Shown here piece by piece: positions 23,567 to 34,473 of a DNA stretch of 34,473 nt (position 1 is the first letter of the stretch; each line of letters opens with the position of its first letter). Origin of the DNA: Haemophilus sp. HMSC068C11 (lineage in GTDB: Bacteria > Pseudomonadota > Gammaproteobacteria > Enterobacterales > Pasteurellaceae); the NCBI GenBank assembly GCA_905371285.1, contig CAJPKS010000001.1:1-34473 (forward strand), in the 5' to 3' direction. Both the position numbers and the translations under genes were made by a program. Under the pieces are notes generated by a model. The model saw only the letters and a program-made list of their open reading frames with translations. It had not been told where the DNA came from and did not search any database.

Positions 23567-24187
23567 ATGGCAAGATATTTGGGCCCTAAACTCAAGCTCA
23601 GCCGTCGTGAAGGCACTGATTTATTCCTTAAATCAGGTGTGCGTGCGATTGATTCAAAATGTAAAATTGATACAGCACCAGGTCAACACGGTGCTCGTAA
23701 ACCGCGTTTGTCTGACTATGGTAGTCAATTACGTGAAAAACAAAAAGTTCGTCGTATCTATGGTATTTTAGAGCGTCAATTCCGTAACTACTATAAAGAA
23801 GCAAACCGTTTAAAAGGTAATACTGGTGAAAACTTACTAGTATTATTAGAAGGTAGATTGGATAACGTTGTTTATCGCATGGGATTTGCTGCAACTCGCG
23901 CAGAAGCTCGTCAATTAGTGAGCCACAAAGCGATTGTCGTAAATGGTCGTGTTGTAAATATCCCATCTTTCCAAGTTTCTGTAAATGATGTCGTTGCTGT
24001 TCGTGAGAAATCTAAAAAACAAGCACGTATTAAAGCATCATTAGAATTAGCAGAACAAAGAGAAAAACCAACTTGGTTAGAAGTTGATTCTGCGAAAATG
24101 GAAGGTGTGTTCAAACGTGTTCCTGAACGTTCTGATTTATCAGCAGACATTAACGAACATCTGATCGTTGAGCTTTACTCTAAATAA
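23567..24187 (+). CDS. rpsD: 30S ribosomal protein S4
   Basis: [16 protein letters not shown]. Confidence 0.99.
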   Translation: MARYLGPKLKLSRREGTDLFLKSGVRAIDSKCKIDTAPGQHGARKPRLSDYGSQLREKQKVRRIYGILERQFRNYYKEANRLKGNTGENLLVLLEGRLDNVVYRMGFAATRAEARQLVSHKAIVVNGRVVNIPSFQVSVNDVVAVREKSKKQARIKASLELAEQREKPTWLEVDSAKMEGVFKRVPERSDLSADINEHLIVELYSK

Positions 24188-24218
24188 TAGTTAAGCTTAA
24201 AAGCAAAGAGAGGATAAA

Positions 24219-25208
24219 ATGCAGGGTTCTGTTACAGAATTTTTAAAACCACGCTTAGTAGATATCGAGCAATTTAGCTCTACTCATGCTAAGGTGATCT
24301 TAGAACCGTTAGAGCGTGGCTTTGGTCATACTCTAGGGAATGCATTACGTCGTATCCTTCTGTCTTCAATGCCAGGTTGTGCTGTAACTGAAGTAGAAAT
24401 TGATGGCGTATTGCATGAATATAGTAGTAAAGAAGGTGTTCAGGAAGATATTCTTGAAGTTCTTTTAAACCTTAAAGGTCTAGCGGTTAAAGTACAGAAT
24501 AAAGATGATGTTATTCTGACATTAAATAAATCTGGAATTGGCCCTGTTGTTGCAGCAGATATCACCCACGATGGTGATGTTGAGATTGTTAATCCATCAC
24601 ATGTAATCTGTCACTTAACAGACGAAAACGCATCTATTAATATGCGTATTCGTGTTCAACGTGGTAGAGGTTATGTACCTGCATCTGCTCGTACTCATTC
24701 ACAAAATGAAGATCGTCCAATCGGTCGTTTATTAGTAGACGCTTGTTATAGCCCGGTTGACCGTATTGCTTACAATGTTGAAGCAGCACGTGTTGAACAA
24801 CGTACTGACTTAGATAAACTAGTTATCGAGTTAGAAACTAACGGGACTATTGATCCGGAAGAAGCAATTCGTCGTGCAGCAACAATTTTAGCAGAGCAAC
24901 TCGATGCATTCGTTGATTTGCGTGATGTTCGTCAACCTGAAGTCAAGGAAGAAAAACCGGAATTTGATCCGATTTTATTACGTCCTGTTGATGACTTAGA
25001 GTTGACAGTTCGTTCTGCTAACTGTTTGAAAGCAGAAACAATTCACTATATCGGTGACTTAGTACAACGTACAGAAGTTGAGTTATTAAAAACGCCTAAT
25101 CTTGGTAAGAAATCTCTTACTGAAATTAAAGACGTTCTCGCTTCACGTGGCTTGTCACTTGGTATGCGCCTTGAGAATTGGCCACCAGCAAGTATTGCTG
25201 AAGACTAG
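24219..25208 (+). CDS. rpoA: RNA polymerase alpha subunit
   Basis: [29 protein letters not shown]. Confidence 0.99.
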   Translation: MQGSVTEFLKPRLVDIEQFSSTHAKVILEPLERGFGHTLGNALRRILLSSMPGCAVTEVEIDGVLHEYSSKEGVQEDILEVLLNLKGLAVKVQNKDDVILTLNKSGIGPVVAADITHDGDVEIVNPSHVICHLTDENASINMRIRVQRGRGYVPASARTHSQNEDRPIGRLLVDACYSPVDRIAYNVEAARVEQRTDLDKLVIELETNGTIDPEEAIRRAATILAEQLDAFVDLRDVRQPEVKEEKPEFDPILLRPVDDLELTVRSANCLKAETIHYIGDLVQRTEVELLKTPNLGKKSLTEIKDVLASRGLSLGMRLENWPPASIAED

Positions 25209-25224
25209 TTTGGTCATAGGTTAA

Positions 25225-25632
<408 letters not shown>

Positions 25633-25649
25633 TAATTTGTTATAAAATG

Positions 25650-25677
25650 AAAAGGCTCACTAATGTGAGCCTTTTTT
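25650..25677. terminator. Bidirectional terminator between rplQ and rluA
   Basis: AAAAGGCTCAC-taat-GTGAGCCTTTTTT. Confidence 0.85.
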
Positions 25678-25689
25678 ATATTTCTTTTT

Positions 25690-26349
25690 CTAGAATTCAG
25701 CTTCAGCTCTGAATGTCATTTTCTCACCTGTAATAGGATGAGTAATCGTAAGTTCTTCTGCATGTAAGCATAGGCGAGGTGACATCGCTTTAGATTGTGG
25801 GTGAGAATAAAATTTGTCACCTAAAATAGGATGTCCTAGTGCGAGTGTATGTAAACGTAGTTGATGTGAACGTCCTGTGATTGGTGTCAGTTTTACTCGA
25901 GTGCAGTTAGTAGGTAATCTTTCTAGAACTTCATAAAACGTGACCGCTCTTTTACCAAATACAAAATCAATGCGTTGACGCGGGCGATTTTCCCAATCAC
26001 AAATCATGGGAAGATTAATTTCCCCACTATCTTGTTCTAAGTGTCCCCATACTAAAGCTTGATAATATTTCTTTGGCTCACGTTCACGAAATTGACGTTT
26101 CAACTCTTTATCTGCCGCTTTACTTAATGCAAATAGAATAATCCCACTTGTGGCCATATCTAAACGATGTGCAGGTTCACAAAATCCAAATTTCTCTTTT
26201 ACCCGACTCATTGCACTGTCATAGTATTCTGGCTGATTGCCAGGGACTGAAAGTAAACCGCTTGGTTTGTTTACTACGCAGATATGATTATCTTGGTAGA
26301 TAATATCTAAATACGGTTCTAAAGGGGGGTGGTATTCAATAAGTGCCAT
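25690..26349 (-). CDS. rluA: 23S rRNA / tRNA pseudouridine synthase RluA
   Basis: NKPSGLLSVPG, HRLDMATSG, TGRSHQLR; follows rapA. Confidence 0.95.
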   Translation of the reverse strand: MALIEYHPPLEPYLDIIYQDNHICVVNKPSGLLSVPGNQPEYYDSAMSRVKEKFGFCEPAHRLDMATSGIILFALSKAADKELKRQFREREPKKYYQALVWGHLEQDSGEINLPMICDWENRPRQRIDFVFGKRAVTFYEVLERLPTNCTRVKLTPITGRSHQLRLHTLALGHPILGDKFYSHPQSKAMSPRLCLHAEELTITHPITGEKMTFRAEAEF

Positions 26350-26350
26350 A

Positions 26351-29116
26351 TTATTCCTTGTTTGTCACTATTACCCGAAGGCTATCTAGTCGCCAGCTTG
26401 CTTTACTTAATTCTTCTAGAGAAACTAAACGTTGTTTTTCTAATACATCAATTTCCACCTGGCGAATATTTTTATTTACTGCTTTCAAGGCTATAAGTCT
26501 ATTGAGCTCAGTGCTCAATGTTTGATCGGCTAATCTACTGGCTTCTCGAATTTGAGCTTGTGCAATTTCAGTTATTTTGTGCTCGCCTAGTTTAATTAAT
26601 TGCTCAATATTTGGACGAGCCATTTTGACCATTTTATTTGCAATGTCTTTGCTTAGTAGCTTAAGTTTATTTTGCAATGTATCAAAATTAACTTGTCCGG
26701 CGAGATCATTTCCTTTGCTATCCAGCAATAATCGAACTGGTGTAGGTGGAAGAAAACGATTCAGTTGCAAGCCTTTTGGTGATTGGCTTTCAATCATATA
26801 AATCAATTCAACCAGTAGCGTGCCAGCAGGCAGTTGTTTATTGACTAATAATGCCATTGCTGCTTTGCCAATGTCGCCAGAAGCGATTAAATCAATGCCT
26901 TGACGAATCATTGGGTGATCCCAGGTAAGAAATTCTAATTCCTCACGCGCAAGGGCTAGTTGTCGGTCAAAAGTTACTGTGACACCTTCTTCTTTTAGTC
27001 CTGGAAAATCAGGAACAAGCATGGTGCCTGTTGGCGTGATGACAATGCTGTTTTCACCTAAATCATCTTGTTCTACACCAATAATATCAAATAAATTCAG
27101 TGCAAAATTGACTAATTGTGGCGAATTATCTGTTTGAGCAATTTCTCCCGCAAGTCGTTGTGCCTTTTCACCACCATTAGAATTTAATTCTAACAAACGA
27201 TCACGACCTTTTTCCAAGGCTAAACGCAATGCTTTTGCTTGTTTTTGCGTTTGGAGAATGAGTTGCTCAAAATCTGCTTTATTTTCTGACCGCACTTTTA
27301 ATAAAGTTTCATATTGTTCAAACAATGCCATACCAATAGGGCAAGTTTGTTCAAAAGCATTTAATCCTTCATGATACCAACGTGCTAAATCTTGCTGTGC
27401 AGAACCTGATAGGCAGGGTACATAAATTTGTACATCTCGCGTTTGCCCGATGCGATCTAAACGGCCAATACATTGCTCAAGTAAGTCAGGATTTTCTGGT
27501 AAATCGAAGAGTACGAGATGGCAAGCAAATTGGAAGTTTCTCCCTTCAGAACCAATGCTTGAACTCAGTAAAACTTGTGCGCCATTATCAGTATCTGCAA
27601 AATAAGCCGCTGCACGATCTCGTTCAATAATCGACATTCTTTCATGGAAAACAGCACTGCGAATGGCTTCTTTTTCTCGTAAAATTTGCTCAAGTTGAAT
27701 TGCCGTTTGTGCTGTTTTACAAATGACTAAGATTTTTTCATTTCGGTGTGATTTTAAGAAATCAATTAACCAATGAATTTTTTCATCACCCTCAGTCGCA
27801 TCAATCGTTACTTGGTGATAAACCCGATGCGGGAAACCTTTTACACCTTGGCGTGTATTGCGAAATAAAATACGGCTTGTGCCATGTCTGTCGATGAGAT
27901 TTTGAATGAGTTCTTGTCGCGCAGCTTGTTTCTCCTCATCATTATGACAGGCTAAAGCTTTGAATAATGATTCGACATCCTGCTCATTGAGTAAATCAGA
28001 AATATGATTTTTTTCGACCGCACTTAGCGGCTTCTCTGAGAGTAAAGATTGCACAGCATCCGCAACAGGCTGATAGTTTTCTTGCTCCTTCAAGAATGCT
28101 TGATAATCGTAAAAACGCTCATGATCAAGCAAGCGTAAACGTGCAAAATGGCTTTCCAAACCCAGTTGTTCAGGCGTTGCGGTGAGTAATAAAACAGATG
28201 GAATAGCATTCGCTAATTGTTCTACTAATAAATAAGCGGCACTTGGCGCATTTTCAGACCAAGCTAAATGATGCGCTTCATCGACAATTAAACAGTCAAA
28301 TTCAGCTTCAATAGCTTGTTGTACACGATTGGGATGGGCTTTCAACCAGTCTAATGCACAGATAATTAAGCTTTCTGTACTAAATGGGTTGATAGCTTGT
28401 TCGGCAAAATCTTCACAACGTTCTTCATCAAATAATGAAAAATGTAAATTAAAACGACGAAGCATTTCAACAAGCCATTGATGTTGCAAGGTTTCAGGTA
28501 CAATAATTAATACACGTTGTACTTTTTCAGTAAAAAGCTGGTTTTGCAAAATCATCCCTGCTTCAATGGTTTTACCTAACCCCACTTCATCCGCTAAGAG
28601 TACACGAGGATTGACACGATTTCCTACCTCTTGCGCGATATGAAGTTGATGAGGAATTAAACCCGCACGATTGCCTCGTAATCCACGCAAAGGCGATTGG
28701 AATTGAGCTTGTTGATGTAGAAGAGTTTGATAACGCAACGCAAAATGTTCACTGCGGTCAATTTGCGATGAAAAGAGGCGATCTTTCGCTTGGCTAAAAG
28801 AAATTATCGGAGAAAGTTCTTTTTCATTGACGATAACGTCTTCGCCTTGCGCATTTTTGACTAAATAAAATAAGAGACCATTCATTTCTTGAACATCAAG
28901 AACTTCACCTTGCCAACCTGCCTGGTGATGAAGTTGTTCCCCTTTATTCAATACAATTCGGGTTAAGGGAGCTTGTGCCACCGCATAAATTCGGGTTTCA
29001 TCTGTGGCGGGAAAGTGAAGGGTAACTGAACGGAAATCTAAGTCTGTAATCATGCCTAATCCGAGGCTATTTTCTGTTTCGCTAATCCAACGTTGACCGA
29101 TTGCAAATGACATCAT
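26351..29116 (-). CDS. rapA: RNA polymerase-associated SWI/SNF ATPase RapA (HepA)
   Basis: [38 protein letters not shown]. Confidence 0.97.
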   Translation of the reverse strand: MMSFAIGQRWISETENSLGLGMITDLDFRSVTLHFPATDETRIYAVAQAPLTRIVLNKGEQLHHQAGWQGEVLDVQEMNGLLFYLVKNAQGEDVIVNEKELSPIISFSQAKDRLFSSQIDRSEHFALRYQTLLHQQAQFQSPLRGLRGNRAGLIPHQLHIAQEVGNRVNPRVLLADEVGLGKTIEAGMILQNQLFTEKVQRVLIIVPETLQHQWLVEMLRRFNLHFSLFDEERCEDFAEQAINPFSTESLIICALDWLKAHPNRVQQAIEAEFDCLIVDEAHHLAWSENAPSAAYLLVEQLANAIPSVLLLTATPEQLGLESHFARLRLLDHERFYDYQAFLKEQENYQPVADAVQSLLSEKPLSAVEKNHISDLLNEQDVESLFKALACHNDEEKQAARQELIQNLIDRHGTSRILFRNTRQGVKGFPHRVYHQVTIDATEGDEKIHWLIDFLKSHRNEKILVICKTAQTAIQLEQILREKEAIRSAVFHERMSIIERDRAAAYFADTDNGAQVLLSSSIGSEGRNFQFACHLVLFDLPENPDLLEQCIGRLDRIGQTRDVQIYVPCLSGSAQQDLARWYHEGLNAFEQTCPIGMALFEQYETLLKVRSENKADFEQLILQTQKQAKALRLALEKGRDRLLELNSNGGEKAQRLAGEIAQTDNSPQLVNFALNLFDIIGVEQDDLGENSIVITPTGTMLVPDFPGLKEEGVTVTFDRQLALAREELEFLTWDHPMIRQGIDLIASGDIGKAAMALLVNKQLPAGTLLVELIYMIESQSPKGLQLNRFLPPTPVRLLLDSKGNDLAGQVNFDTLQNKLKLLSKDIANKMVKMARPNIEQLIKLGEHKITEIAQAQIREASRLADQTLSTELNRLIALKAVNKNIRQVEIDVLEKQRLVSLEELSKASWRLDSLRVIVTNKE

Positions 29117-29207
29117 CTTCCTCTTAATGAATCTCTTAAAATGGGGCGATATTGTAGTCTGATTATAAGGGAAAGCAAGGCATGGCCATCTAAAAGTATG
29201 AAAAATA

Positions 29208-29253
29208 AAGTGTGATTTATCTCACAATAATCAAATTAAATACTCGCTATGCT
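29208..29253 (+). promoter_or_regulatory. CRP site (29208-29229) plus -10 TATGCT (29248-29253): class II promoter of pnuC
   Basis: TGTGA-tttatc-TCACA centred -41.5 from inferred +1 near 29260. Confidence 0.7.
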
Positions 29254-29311
29254 TTACTTTAAAAAAGTGCGGTGTAAAAATGGCGTACTTTTTATAAAAC
29301 AGGAGTGTTCC

Positions 29312-29995
29312 ATGAATTGGACAGAACGACTTAAAGAAGAATTTTTATCCGGTTGGAAGCCTTTTGAAGTGGTATGGGTGGTTATTTTCCTTGCCGCGCA
29401 AATTATTGCTTATGTTCTTGCGCCAGATAGCCCATTAGGCATGATTTCGGGTATTGCAGGTATTCTCTGTGTAGTATTGGTGAGTAAAGGAAAAATTAGC
29501 AACTATTTCTTTGGGCTTATTTTTGCTTACACCTATTTTTATGTCGCATGGGGAAACAATTTCCTGGGCGAAATGAATACGGTGCTCTATGTGTATATTC
29601 CATCACAATTTATCGGTTATTTTATGTGGAAACAACACATGCAAAACGATAATGGCAGTGAAAGTGTAATTGCAAAAGCTTTAACACCAAAAGGTTGGGC
29701 AATTTTACTCGTGAGTGTTGGGATTGGGACATTCTGCTTTGTGCAGGCTTTAAAAGCAGCGGGCGGGAGTTCTACAGGATTAGATGGTTTAACCACGATT
29801 ATCACCGTAGCGGCACAATTATTGATGATTTTGCGTTATCGTGAGCAATGGTTATTGTGGATTGTCTTAAATGTGCTTTCCATTTTACTTTGGGCAGAGC
29901 AGCCAGCGATGTACTTAATGTATAGTGCTTACTTACTTAACTCATTATATGGTTATTACAACTGGACGAAACTCGTCAAAGCGGAAAGTCACTAA
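29312..29995 (+). CDS. pnuC: Nicotinamide riboside transporter PnuC
   Basis: Multi-TM; GKISNYFFG, YREQWLLW, YGYYNW; ATG 29312 follows SD CAGGAG. Confidence 0.9.
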   Translation: MNWTERLKEEFLSGWKPFEVVWVVIFLAAQIIAYVLAPDSPLGMISGIAGILCVVLVSKGKISNYFFGLIFAYTYFYVAWGNNFLGEMNTVLYVYIPSQFIGYFMWKQHMQNDNGSESVIAKALTPKGWAILLVSVGIGTFCFVQALKAAGGSSTGLDGLTTIITVAAQLLMILRYREQWLLWIVLNVLSILLWAEQPAMYLMYSAYLLNSLYGYYNWTKLVKAESH

Positions 29996-30005
29996 TCACA
30001 TCAAT

Positions 30006-30031
30006 AAAAAAGGGCATAGTCATATGCCCTT
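30006..30031. terminator. Terminator between convergent pnuC and trmN
   Basis: AAAAAAGGGCATA-gtca-TATGCCCTT. Confidence 0.75.
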
Positions 30032-30728
30032 ACATTTTCAAATAAAATGCCTTCGTTAACGCAATAAATTCCTCTGTGTACTGATTGTTTTCGTTATAAA
30101 TCACCAAGCTATCTTTTACCTGTGGTAAATGCTCTCGGCTAAACGTGAGTAACATTCGTTGTGGTGCTTTCCCTGTCTTTGTAATGACATTAGTCTGCTT
30201 AATACAATAAAGTGCGGTTGAATTTATCAATGTTTTTCCCGCCTCATAAGGCAAGACAAAACTGATTTTTCCTTTTTCGGATAAACAACTCATCGCCCAA
30301 TTTAACCAATCTAAATGGCTTTGTTGAACATAACGAGCAAGTGCTCGCTCATTATTTTTACATTCAACGCCTTGTGCAAAATAAGGCGGGTTAGCCACAA
30401 TTAAATCAAATTGATGTGTTGTTTGTTGGCAATAGGTTGGCACATCTTGGTGTGTTAAATGAAGACGATTGTGCCATGGTGAGGCCTTAAAGTTTTCTTG
30501 CGCTTGTTGCGCTGCAAGGGGATCAAGTTCAACGGCTTCAATTTGGCAATGCTCATGACTTCGTTGGGCGAGCATTAGTGCAACCAAGCCTGTGCCAGTT
30601 CCCATATCAAGAATCCGCTGACAATCAGACACATCCGCCCAAGCACCCAGTAAAATGCCATCTGTGCCGACTTTCATTGCACAATGTTGTTGATTAATAT
30701 GGAATTGTTTAAAGGTAAAGCTGCTCAT
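30030..30728 (-). CDS. trmN: tRNA1(Val) adenine37-N6 methyltransferase (YfiC/TrmN6)
   Basis: FTFKQF, MKVGTDGILLGAW, NPPYF; divergent from srmB. Confidence 0.93.
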   Translation of the reverse strand: MSSFTFKQFHINQQHCAMKVGTDGILLGAWADVSDCQRILDMGTGTGLVALMLAQRSHEHCQIEAVELDPLAAQQAQENFKASPWHNRLHLTHQDVPTYCQQTTHQFDLIVANPPYFAQGVECKNNERALARYVQQSHLDWLNWAMSCLSEKGKISFVLPYEAGKTLINSTALYCIKQTNVITKTGKAPQRMLLTFSREHLPQVKDSLVIYNENNQYTEEFIALTKAFYLKM

Positions 30729-30798
30729 AAAATCTTGCGGAAAATGACCGCACTTTCAGGTATAATCAGCCCCAATTTTAACAAATTAATGCAAAATA

Positions 30799-32127
30799 AT
30801 GAATTTATCCCCATTTGAAGAATTCGATCTTTCCCCCGAATTATTAAAAGCCTTAGAAAAGAAAGGCTACACCCGCCCGACCGCAATCCAATTAGAAGCG
30901 ATTCCGGCAGCCATGGAAGAACGTGATGTGCTCGGTTCTGCACCAACAGGTACAGGCAAAACTGCTGCATTTTTATTGCCCGCGATTCAGCATTTATTGG
31001 ATTATCCACGTCGTAAACCAGGGGCACCTCGTATTTTAATTTTAACGCCAACCCGTGAGTTAGCGATGCAGGTTGCAGAGCAAGCGGAAGAGTTGACACA
31101 ATTCACACATTTGAAGATTGCAACCATTACTGGCGGTGTGGCGTATCAAAATCATGGGGAAGTGTTTAATTCAAATCAAGATATCGTGGTGGCAACACCG
31201 GGGCGTTTGTTGCAATACATCAAAGAAGAAAACTTTGATTGTCGTGCGGTAGAAATATTGATTTTTGATGAAGCAGATCGCATGTTGCAAATGGGCTTTG
31301 GCCAAGATGCGGAGAAAATTGCCGCTGAAACGCGTTGGCGTAAACAAACCCTTCTTTTCTCTGCCACATTAGAAGGGGAGTTATTAGTCGATTTTGCAGA
31401 TCGTTTATTAAATGATCCGGTAAAAATCGATGCAGAACCAAGTCGTCGTGAGCGCAAGAAAATCAACCAATGGTATTATCATGCCGACAGCAATGAACAT
31501 AAAATCAAGTTGCTTGCGCGTTTTATCGAAACCGAGAACGTGAGTCGCGGCATTGTGTTTGTGCGTCGTAGAGAAGATGTGCGTGAGCTTTCTGAGACTT
31601 TGCGTAAACGCGGTATTCGTTCTACTTATTTAGAAGGCGATATGGCGCAAACACAACGTAATAATGCCATTGATAAATTAAAATCAGGTGTTGTTACTGT
31701 GTTAGTGGCTACTGATGTCGCTGCTCGTGGGATTGATATTGATGATGTGACACATGTCATGAACTTCGATTTACCTTACAGTGCAGATACCTATTTACAT
31801 CGTATTGGTCGTACGGCTCGTGCAGGGAAAAAGGGCACAGCTGTTTCTTTTGTTGAAGCCCATGATTATAAATTGCTCGGTAAAATAAAACGTTATACGG
31901 AAGAGCTTTTGAAAGCACGGATTTTAGAAGGCTTAGAACCTCGCACTAAACCACCAAAAGATGGTGAAGTAAAATCCATGTCTAAAAAGCAAAAGGCGCG
32001 TATTAAAGAAAAACGTGAAGAAAAGAAAAAATCAGAGGTGAAGAAGAAAGCCAAATTACGTCATAAAGATACGAAAAATATTGGTAAACGCCGTAAACCA
32101 AGCACAGAAAAAACAGATGAGAAATAA
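30799..32127 (+). CDS. srmB: DEAD-box RNA helicase SrmB
   Basis: APTGTGKT, PTRELA, DEAD, SAT, HRIGRTARAG; basic tail; yfiC synteny. Confidence 0.95.
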   Translation: MNLSPFEEFDLSPELLKALEKKGYTRPTAIQLEAIPAAMEERDVLGSAPTGTGKTAAFLLPAIQHLLDYPRRKPGAPRILILTPTRELAMQVAEQAEELTQFTHLKIATITGGVAYQNHGEVFNSNQDIVVATPGRLLQYIKEENFDCRAVEILIFDEADRMLQMGFGQDAEKIAAETRWRKQTLLFSATLEGELLVDFADRLLNDPVKIDAEPSRRERKKINQWYYHADSNEHKIKLLARFIETENVSRGIVFVRRREDVRELSETLRKRGIRSTYLEGDMAQTQRNNAIDKLKSGVVTVLVATDVAARGIDIDDVTHVMNFDLPYSADTYLHRIGRTARAGKKGTAVSFVEAHDYKLLGKIKRYTEELLKARILEGLEPRTKPPKDGEVKSMSKKQKARIKEKREEKKKSEVKKKAKLRHKDTKNIGKRRKPSTEKTDEK

Positions 32128-32130
32128 TAA

Positions 32131-32168
32131 AAAAATAACCGCCACTTATTAAGTGCGGTTATTTTTTT
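32131..32168. terminator. Bidirectional terminator from an inverted USS pair; one copy has a 1-nt insertion
   Basis: AAAAATAACCGC(C)ACTT-att-AAGTGCGGTTATTTTT. Confidence 0.8.
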
Positions 32169-32170
32169 GA

Positions 32171-32374
32171 CTATTTATTGACTTGGCTACCGATTACGCC
32201 ACCTAATGCGGCACCACCTAATGTGGTCGCGGTATTACCACCAAGCATATAGCCTGCTGCACCACCAATAGCTGCACCAGCTGTTGTATTTTTTTGTGTA
32301 CGGTTCATATTTCCACATGCAGCAAGGGAAATAACAGTCATCGCGATAACAAGTGATTTTCCAATTAATTTCAT
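32171..32374 (-). CDS. Small glycine-zipper lipoprotein, OsmB-like
   Basis: Signal peptide with lipobox LAAC; GAAIGGAAG and GGAALGGVIG repeats; SD GGAG. Confidence 0.85.
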   Translation of the reverse strand: MKLIGKSLVIAMTVISLAACGNMNRTQKNTTAGAAIGGAAGYMLGGNTATTLGGAALGGVIGSQVNK

Positions 32375-32425
32375 AGGATCTCTCCGTGTTTAACATATAA
32401 AACTATCCATATTGATAGTACTCCA

Positions 32426-32453
32426 TAAGACAAACGGATATGAATGAAAGTTC
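32426..32453 (-). promoter_or_regulatory. Putative sigmaE (RpoE) promoter for the lipoprotein gene
   Basis: Minus strand GAACTT-N16-GTCTTA. Confidence 0.5.
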
Positions 32454-32503
32454 AAAAATATGCGTTTTTCGATGTTTTTTTGAACAATTAAATATATTGA
32501 ATA

Positions 32504-32824
32504 TTAATCTTTAGCTTGATCTAATACTTTCGCAATCACTTTCAAATATTCAATCGCCAATCCATGGTGTCCTGTACTCGCATTAAATACTAAATCTTCA
32601 CTTAATACACCACAAGGCATATCCTCTGGGATTTTACCGTCCTCATAAGCTTGATAATCTTCTCGCCAGTCACCATCAAAATAATAGTGTTCTAAGGTTT
32701 TCATTTTTGGTAAGAAAGCCTGCCATTTTTCAAGAAATTGTTCTGCGTCGGCTAAGAAACTCTCTGCTTCATTAAGAAGGTTTTCCATTTCTGAAATTTT
32801 ATCTAAGCGTGATTGAGATAACAT
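32504..32824 (-). CDS. Acidic hypothetical protein, DUF4298-like
   Basis: EMENLLNE...YYFDGDW.EDY...CGVLSED motif; ATG 32824 after SD GGAG; family from recall. Confidence 0.75.
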   Translation of the reverse strand: MLSQSRLDKISEMENLLNEAESFLADAEQFLEKWQAFLPKMKTLEHYYFDGDWREDYQAYEDGKIPEDMPCGVLSEDLVFNASTGHHGLAIEYLKVIAKVLDQAKD

Positions 32825-32852
32825 AGGTTTCTCCAAAATAAGGTAAAAATAA

Positions 32853-32880
32853 ACCGCACTTTATGCGAACAAAGTGCGGC
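32853..32880 (-). terminator. USS inverted-pair hairpin downstream of gnd
   Basis: ACCGCACTTT-N8-AAAGTGCGGC; minus-strand tail TTATTTTT. Confidence 0.7.
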
Positions 32881-32902
32881 GAGTTTATCACGAGTTTTTT
32901 AC

Positions 32903-34357
32903 TTACACATCATAAGTGGTAGATGCTGTGTTACCACCGCGACCTGTCCAGTTGGTGTGGAAGAATTCACCACGTGGTTTGTCGGTACGCTCATAAGTAT
33001 GAGCACCGAAGTAGTCACGTTGTGCTTGCAACAAGTTTGCCGGTAAACGTGCTGAAGTATAGCCATCTAAGAACGTAATAGCTGATGCCATACAAGGCAT
33101 TGGGATACCTACTTCGATCGATTTTGCCACTACTTTACGCCAGTCGCTTAATGCGTTTTCTAAAATGCCCTTGAAGTAACTATCTGAACCTAAGAAGATT
33201 AAATCTGGATTTGCTTCATATGCATCACGAATATTACCTAAGAAACGGCTACGGATAATACAACCTTCACGCCATAATAACGCTGTTGCGCCGTAGTTGA
33301 TGTTCCAGCCAAATTGTTCAGAGGCTTCGCGAATCAGCATAAAACCTTGTGCGTAAGAAATGATTTTTGACGCCAATAAGGCTTTACGTACCGCTTCAAT
33401 CCAAACTTTTTTATCGCCTTCAACTGGTTGAATTGTTTTACCAAATAATTGATTAGCGGCAACACGTTGATCTTTAAAGGAAGATACGCAACGAGCAAAG
33501 ACAGATTCAGTGATTAAGGTTAATGGAATACCAAAATCTAATGCATTGATACCCGTCCATTTACCAGTCCCTTTTTGACCTGCTGTATCTAAGATTTTTT
33601 CAACTAATGGCTCACCATCAGCGTCTTTATAACCAAGAATATCGGTGGTAATATCGATTAAATAGCTATCAAGTTCAGTTTTTTTCCATTCTGAGAAGAT
33701 AGCTTGCATTTCTTCATAGCTTAAGCCTAAACCTTCTTTTAAGAATTGGTAAGCTTCACAGATTAATTGCATATCGCCATATTCGATACCATTGTGAACC
33801 ATTTTTACAAAGTGGCCTGCACCTTCACCGCCAACCCAGTCACAGCAAGGTTCGCCTTGTTCTGTTTTAGCTGAGATTGCTTGGAAGATTGGCTTAACAT
33901 ATGGCCATGCTTCGTGGTTACCACCCGGCATGATCGAGGGTCCATGACGCGCACCTTCTTCACCGCCAGAAACACCCGAACCGATAAAGCGAATGCCTTT
34001 TTCTGCCAATGCTTTTACACGACGGTTGGTATCAGGATAGTTTGAGTTACCACCATCAATGATGATGTCGCCTTCTTCTAAGTGCGGTAATAATGCCTCA
34101 ATGAATTGATCCACTACATCACCCGCGCGCACCATTAACATCACTTTACGTGGTTTTTCTAATTTAGAAGCTAAATCTTCTAAAGAGTATGCGCCGATAA
34201 TATTGGTACCTTTTGCCGCACCTTGTAAAAATTCATCCACTTTTGATGTGGTACGGTTATACGCCACCACTTTAAAGCCATGATCATTCATATTTAAAAT
34301 GAGGTTTTGCCCCATTACGGCTAAGCCGATAACACCGATGTCGCCTTTTACTGACAT
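32903..34357 (-). CDS. gnd: 6-phosphogluconate dehydrogenase, decarboxylating
   Basis: GLAVMG, VKMVHNGIEYGDMQ, QAQRDYFGAHTY. Confidence 0.98.
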   Translation of the reverse strand: MSVKGDIGVIGLAVMGQNLILNMNDHGFKVVAYNRTTSKVDEFLQGAAKGTNIIGAYSLEDLASKLEKPRKVMLMVRAGDVVDQFIEALLPHLEEGDIIIDGGNSNYPDTNRRVKALAEKGIRFIGSGVSGGEEGARHGPSIMPGGNHEAWPYVKPIFQAISAKTEQGEPCCDWVGGEGAGHFVKMVHNGIEYGDMQLICEAYQFLKEGLGLSYEEMQAIFSEWKKTELDSYLIDITTDILGYKDADGEPLVEKILDTAGQKGTGKWTGINALDFGIPLTLITESVFARCVSSFKDQRVAANQLFGKTIQPVEGDKKVWIEAVRKALLASKIISYAQGFMLIREASEQFGWNINYGATALLWREGCIIRSRFLGNIRDAYEANPDLIFLGSDSYFKGILENALSDWRKVVAKSIEVGIPMPCMASAITFLDGYTSARLPANLLQAQRDYFGAHTYERTDKPRGEFFHTNWTGRGGNTASTTYDV

Positions 34358-34473
34358 TGTTTTCTCCTGTTGTAGGGTGAGATTGTCTCACCGTAATAAA
34401 TTTTTCATACTGTGGATGTAAAATGCAAATATTTCACATGCATTTCTCACTAAAATAATGTAAACATAAAATT

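Noticed and set aside
26640..28130. Apparent Pro losses in RapA (LLDHER, DVESL, KLKLL) suggesting decay
   Set aside because: The ORF is full length with intact helicase motifs, and the reference residues cannot be verified without an alignment.
34376..34393. GGTGAGA-ttg-TCTCACC palindrome upstream of gnd as a CRP site
   Set aside because: GTGA-N7-TCAC spacing is wrong for CRP; more likely a 5' UTR hairpin, and context is cut off by the window end.

Overview
Core-genome window from a Pasteurellaceae bacterium. It is AT-rich, carries about 19 Haemophilus-type uptake signal sequences (USS, AAGTGCGGT) and is most consistent with Haemophilus parainfluenzae or a close relative (inference). Gene order: ispF-ispD-ftsB(-), hel e(P4)(+), fabR-oxyR(-), pgdX(+), small membrane protein(-), glpG-glpR(+), an unannotated 420-bp gap, trmL-rsmD(-), ftsYEX(+), the complete S10-spc-alpha ribosomal protein cluster with secY, rpmJ (missed by the ORF track) and rpoA(+), rluA-rapA(-), pnuC(+), trmN6(-), srmB(+), an OsmB-like lipoprotein, a DUF4298-like protein and gnd(-). 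I saw no mobile elements, CRISPR arrays, rRNA or tRNA. The best novelty candidate is the glpR-trmL gap (6925-7285). There a near-consensus CRP site sits at class I spacing from a minus-strand -10 box. The predicted ~285-nt RNA has all three of its GGA motifs in hairpin loops (ANGGA), suggesting a cAMP-CRP-activated CsrA-binding sRNA, possibly with small ORFs. Canonically spaced CRP sites also precede both NAD (V-factor) uptake genes, hel and pnuC.
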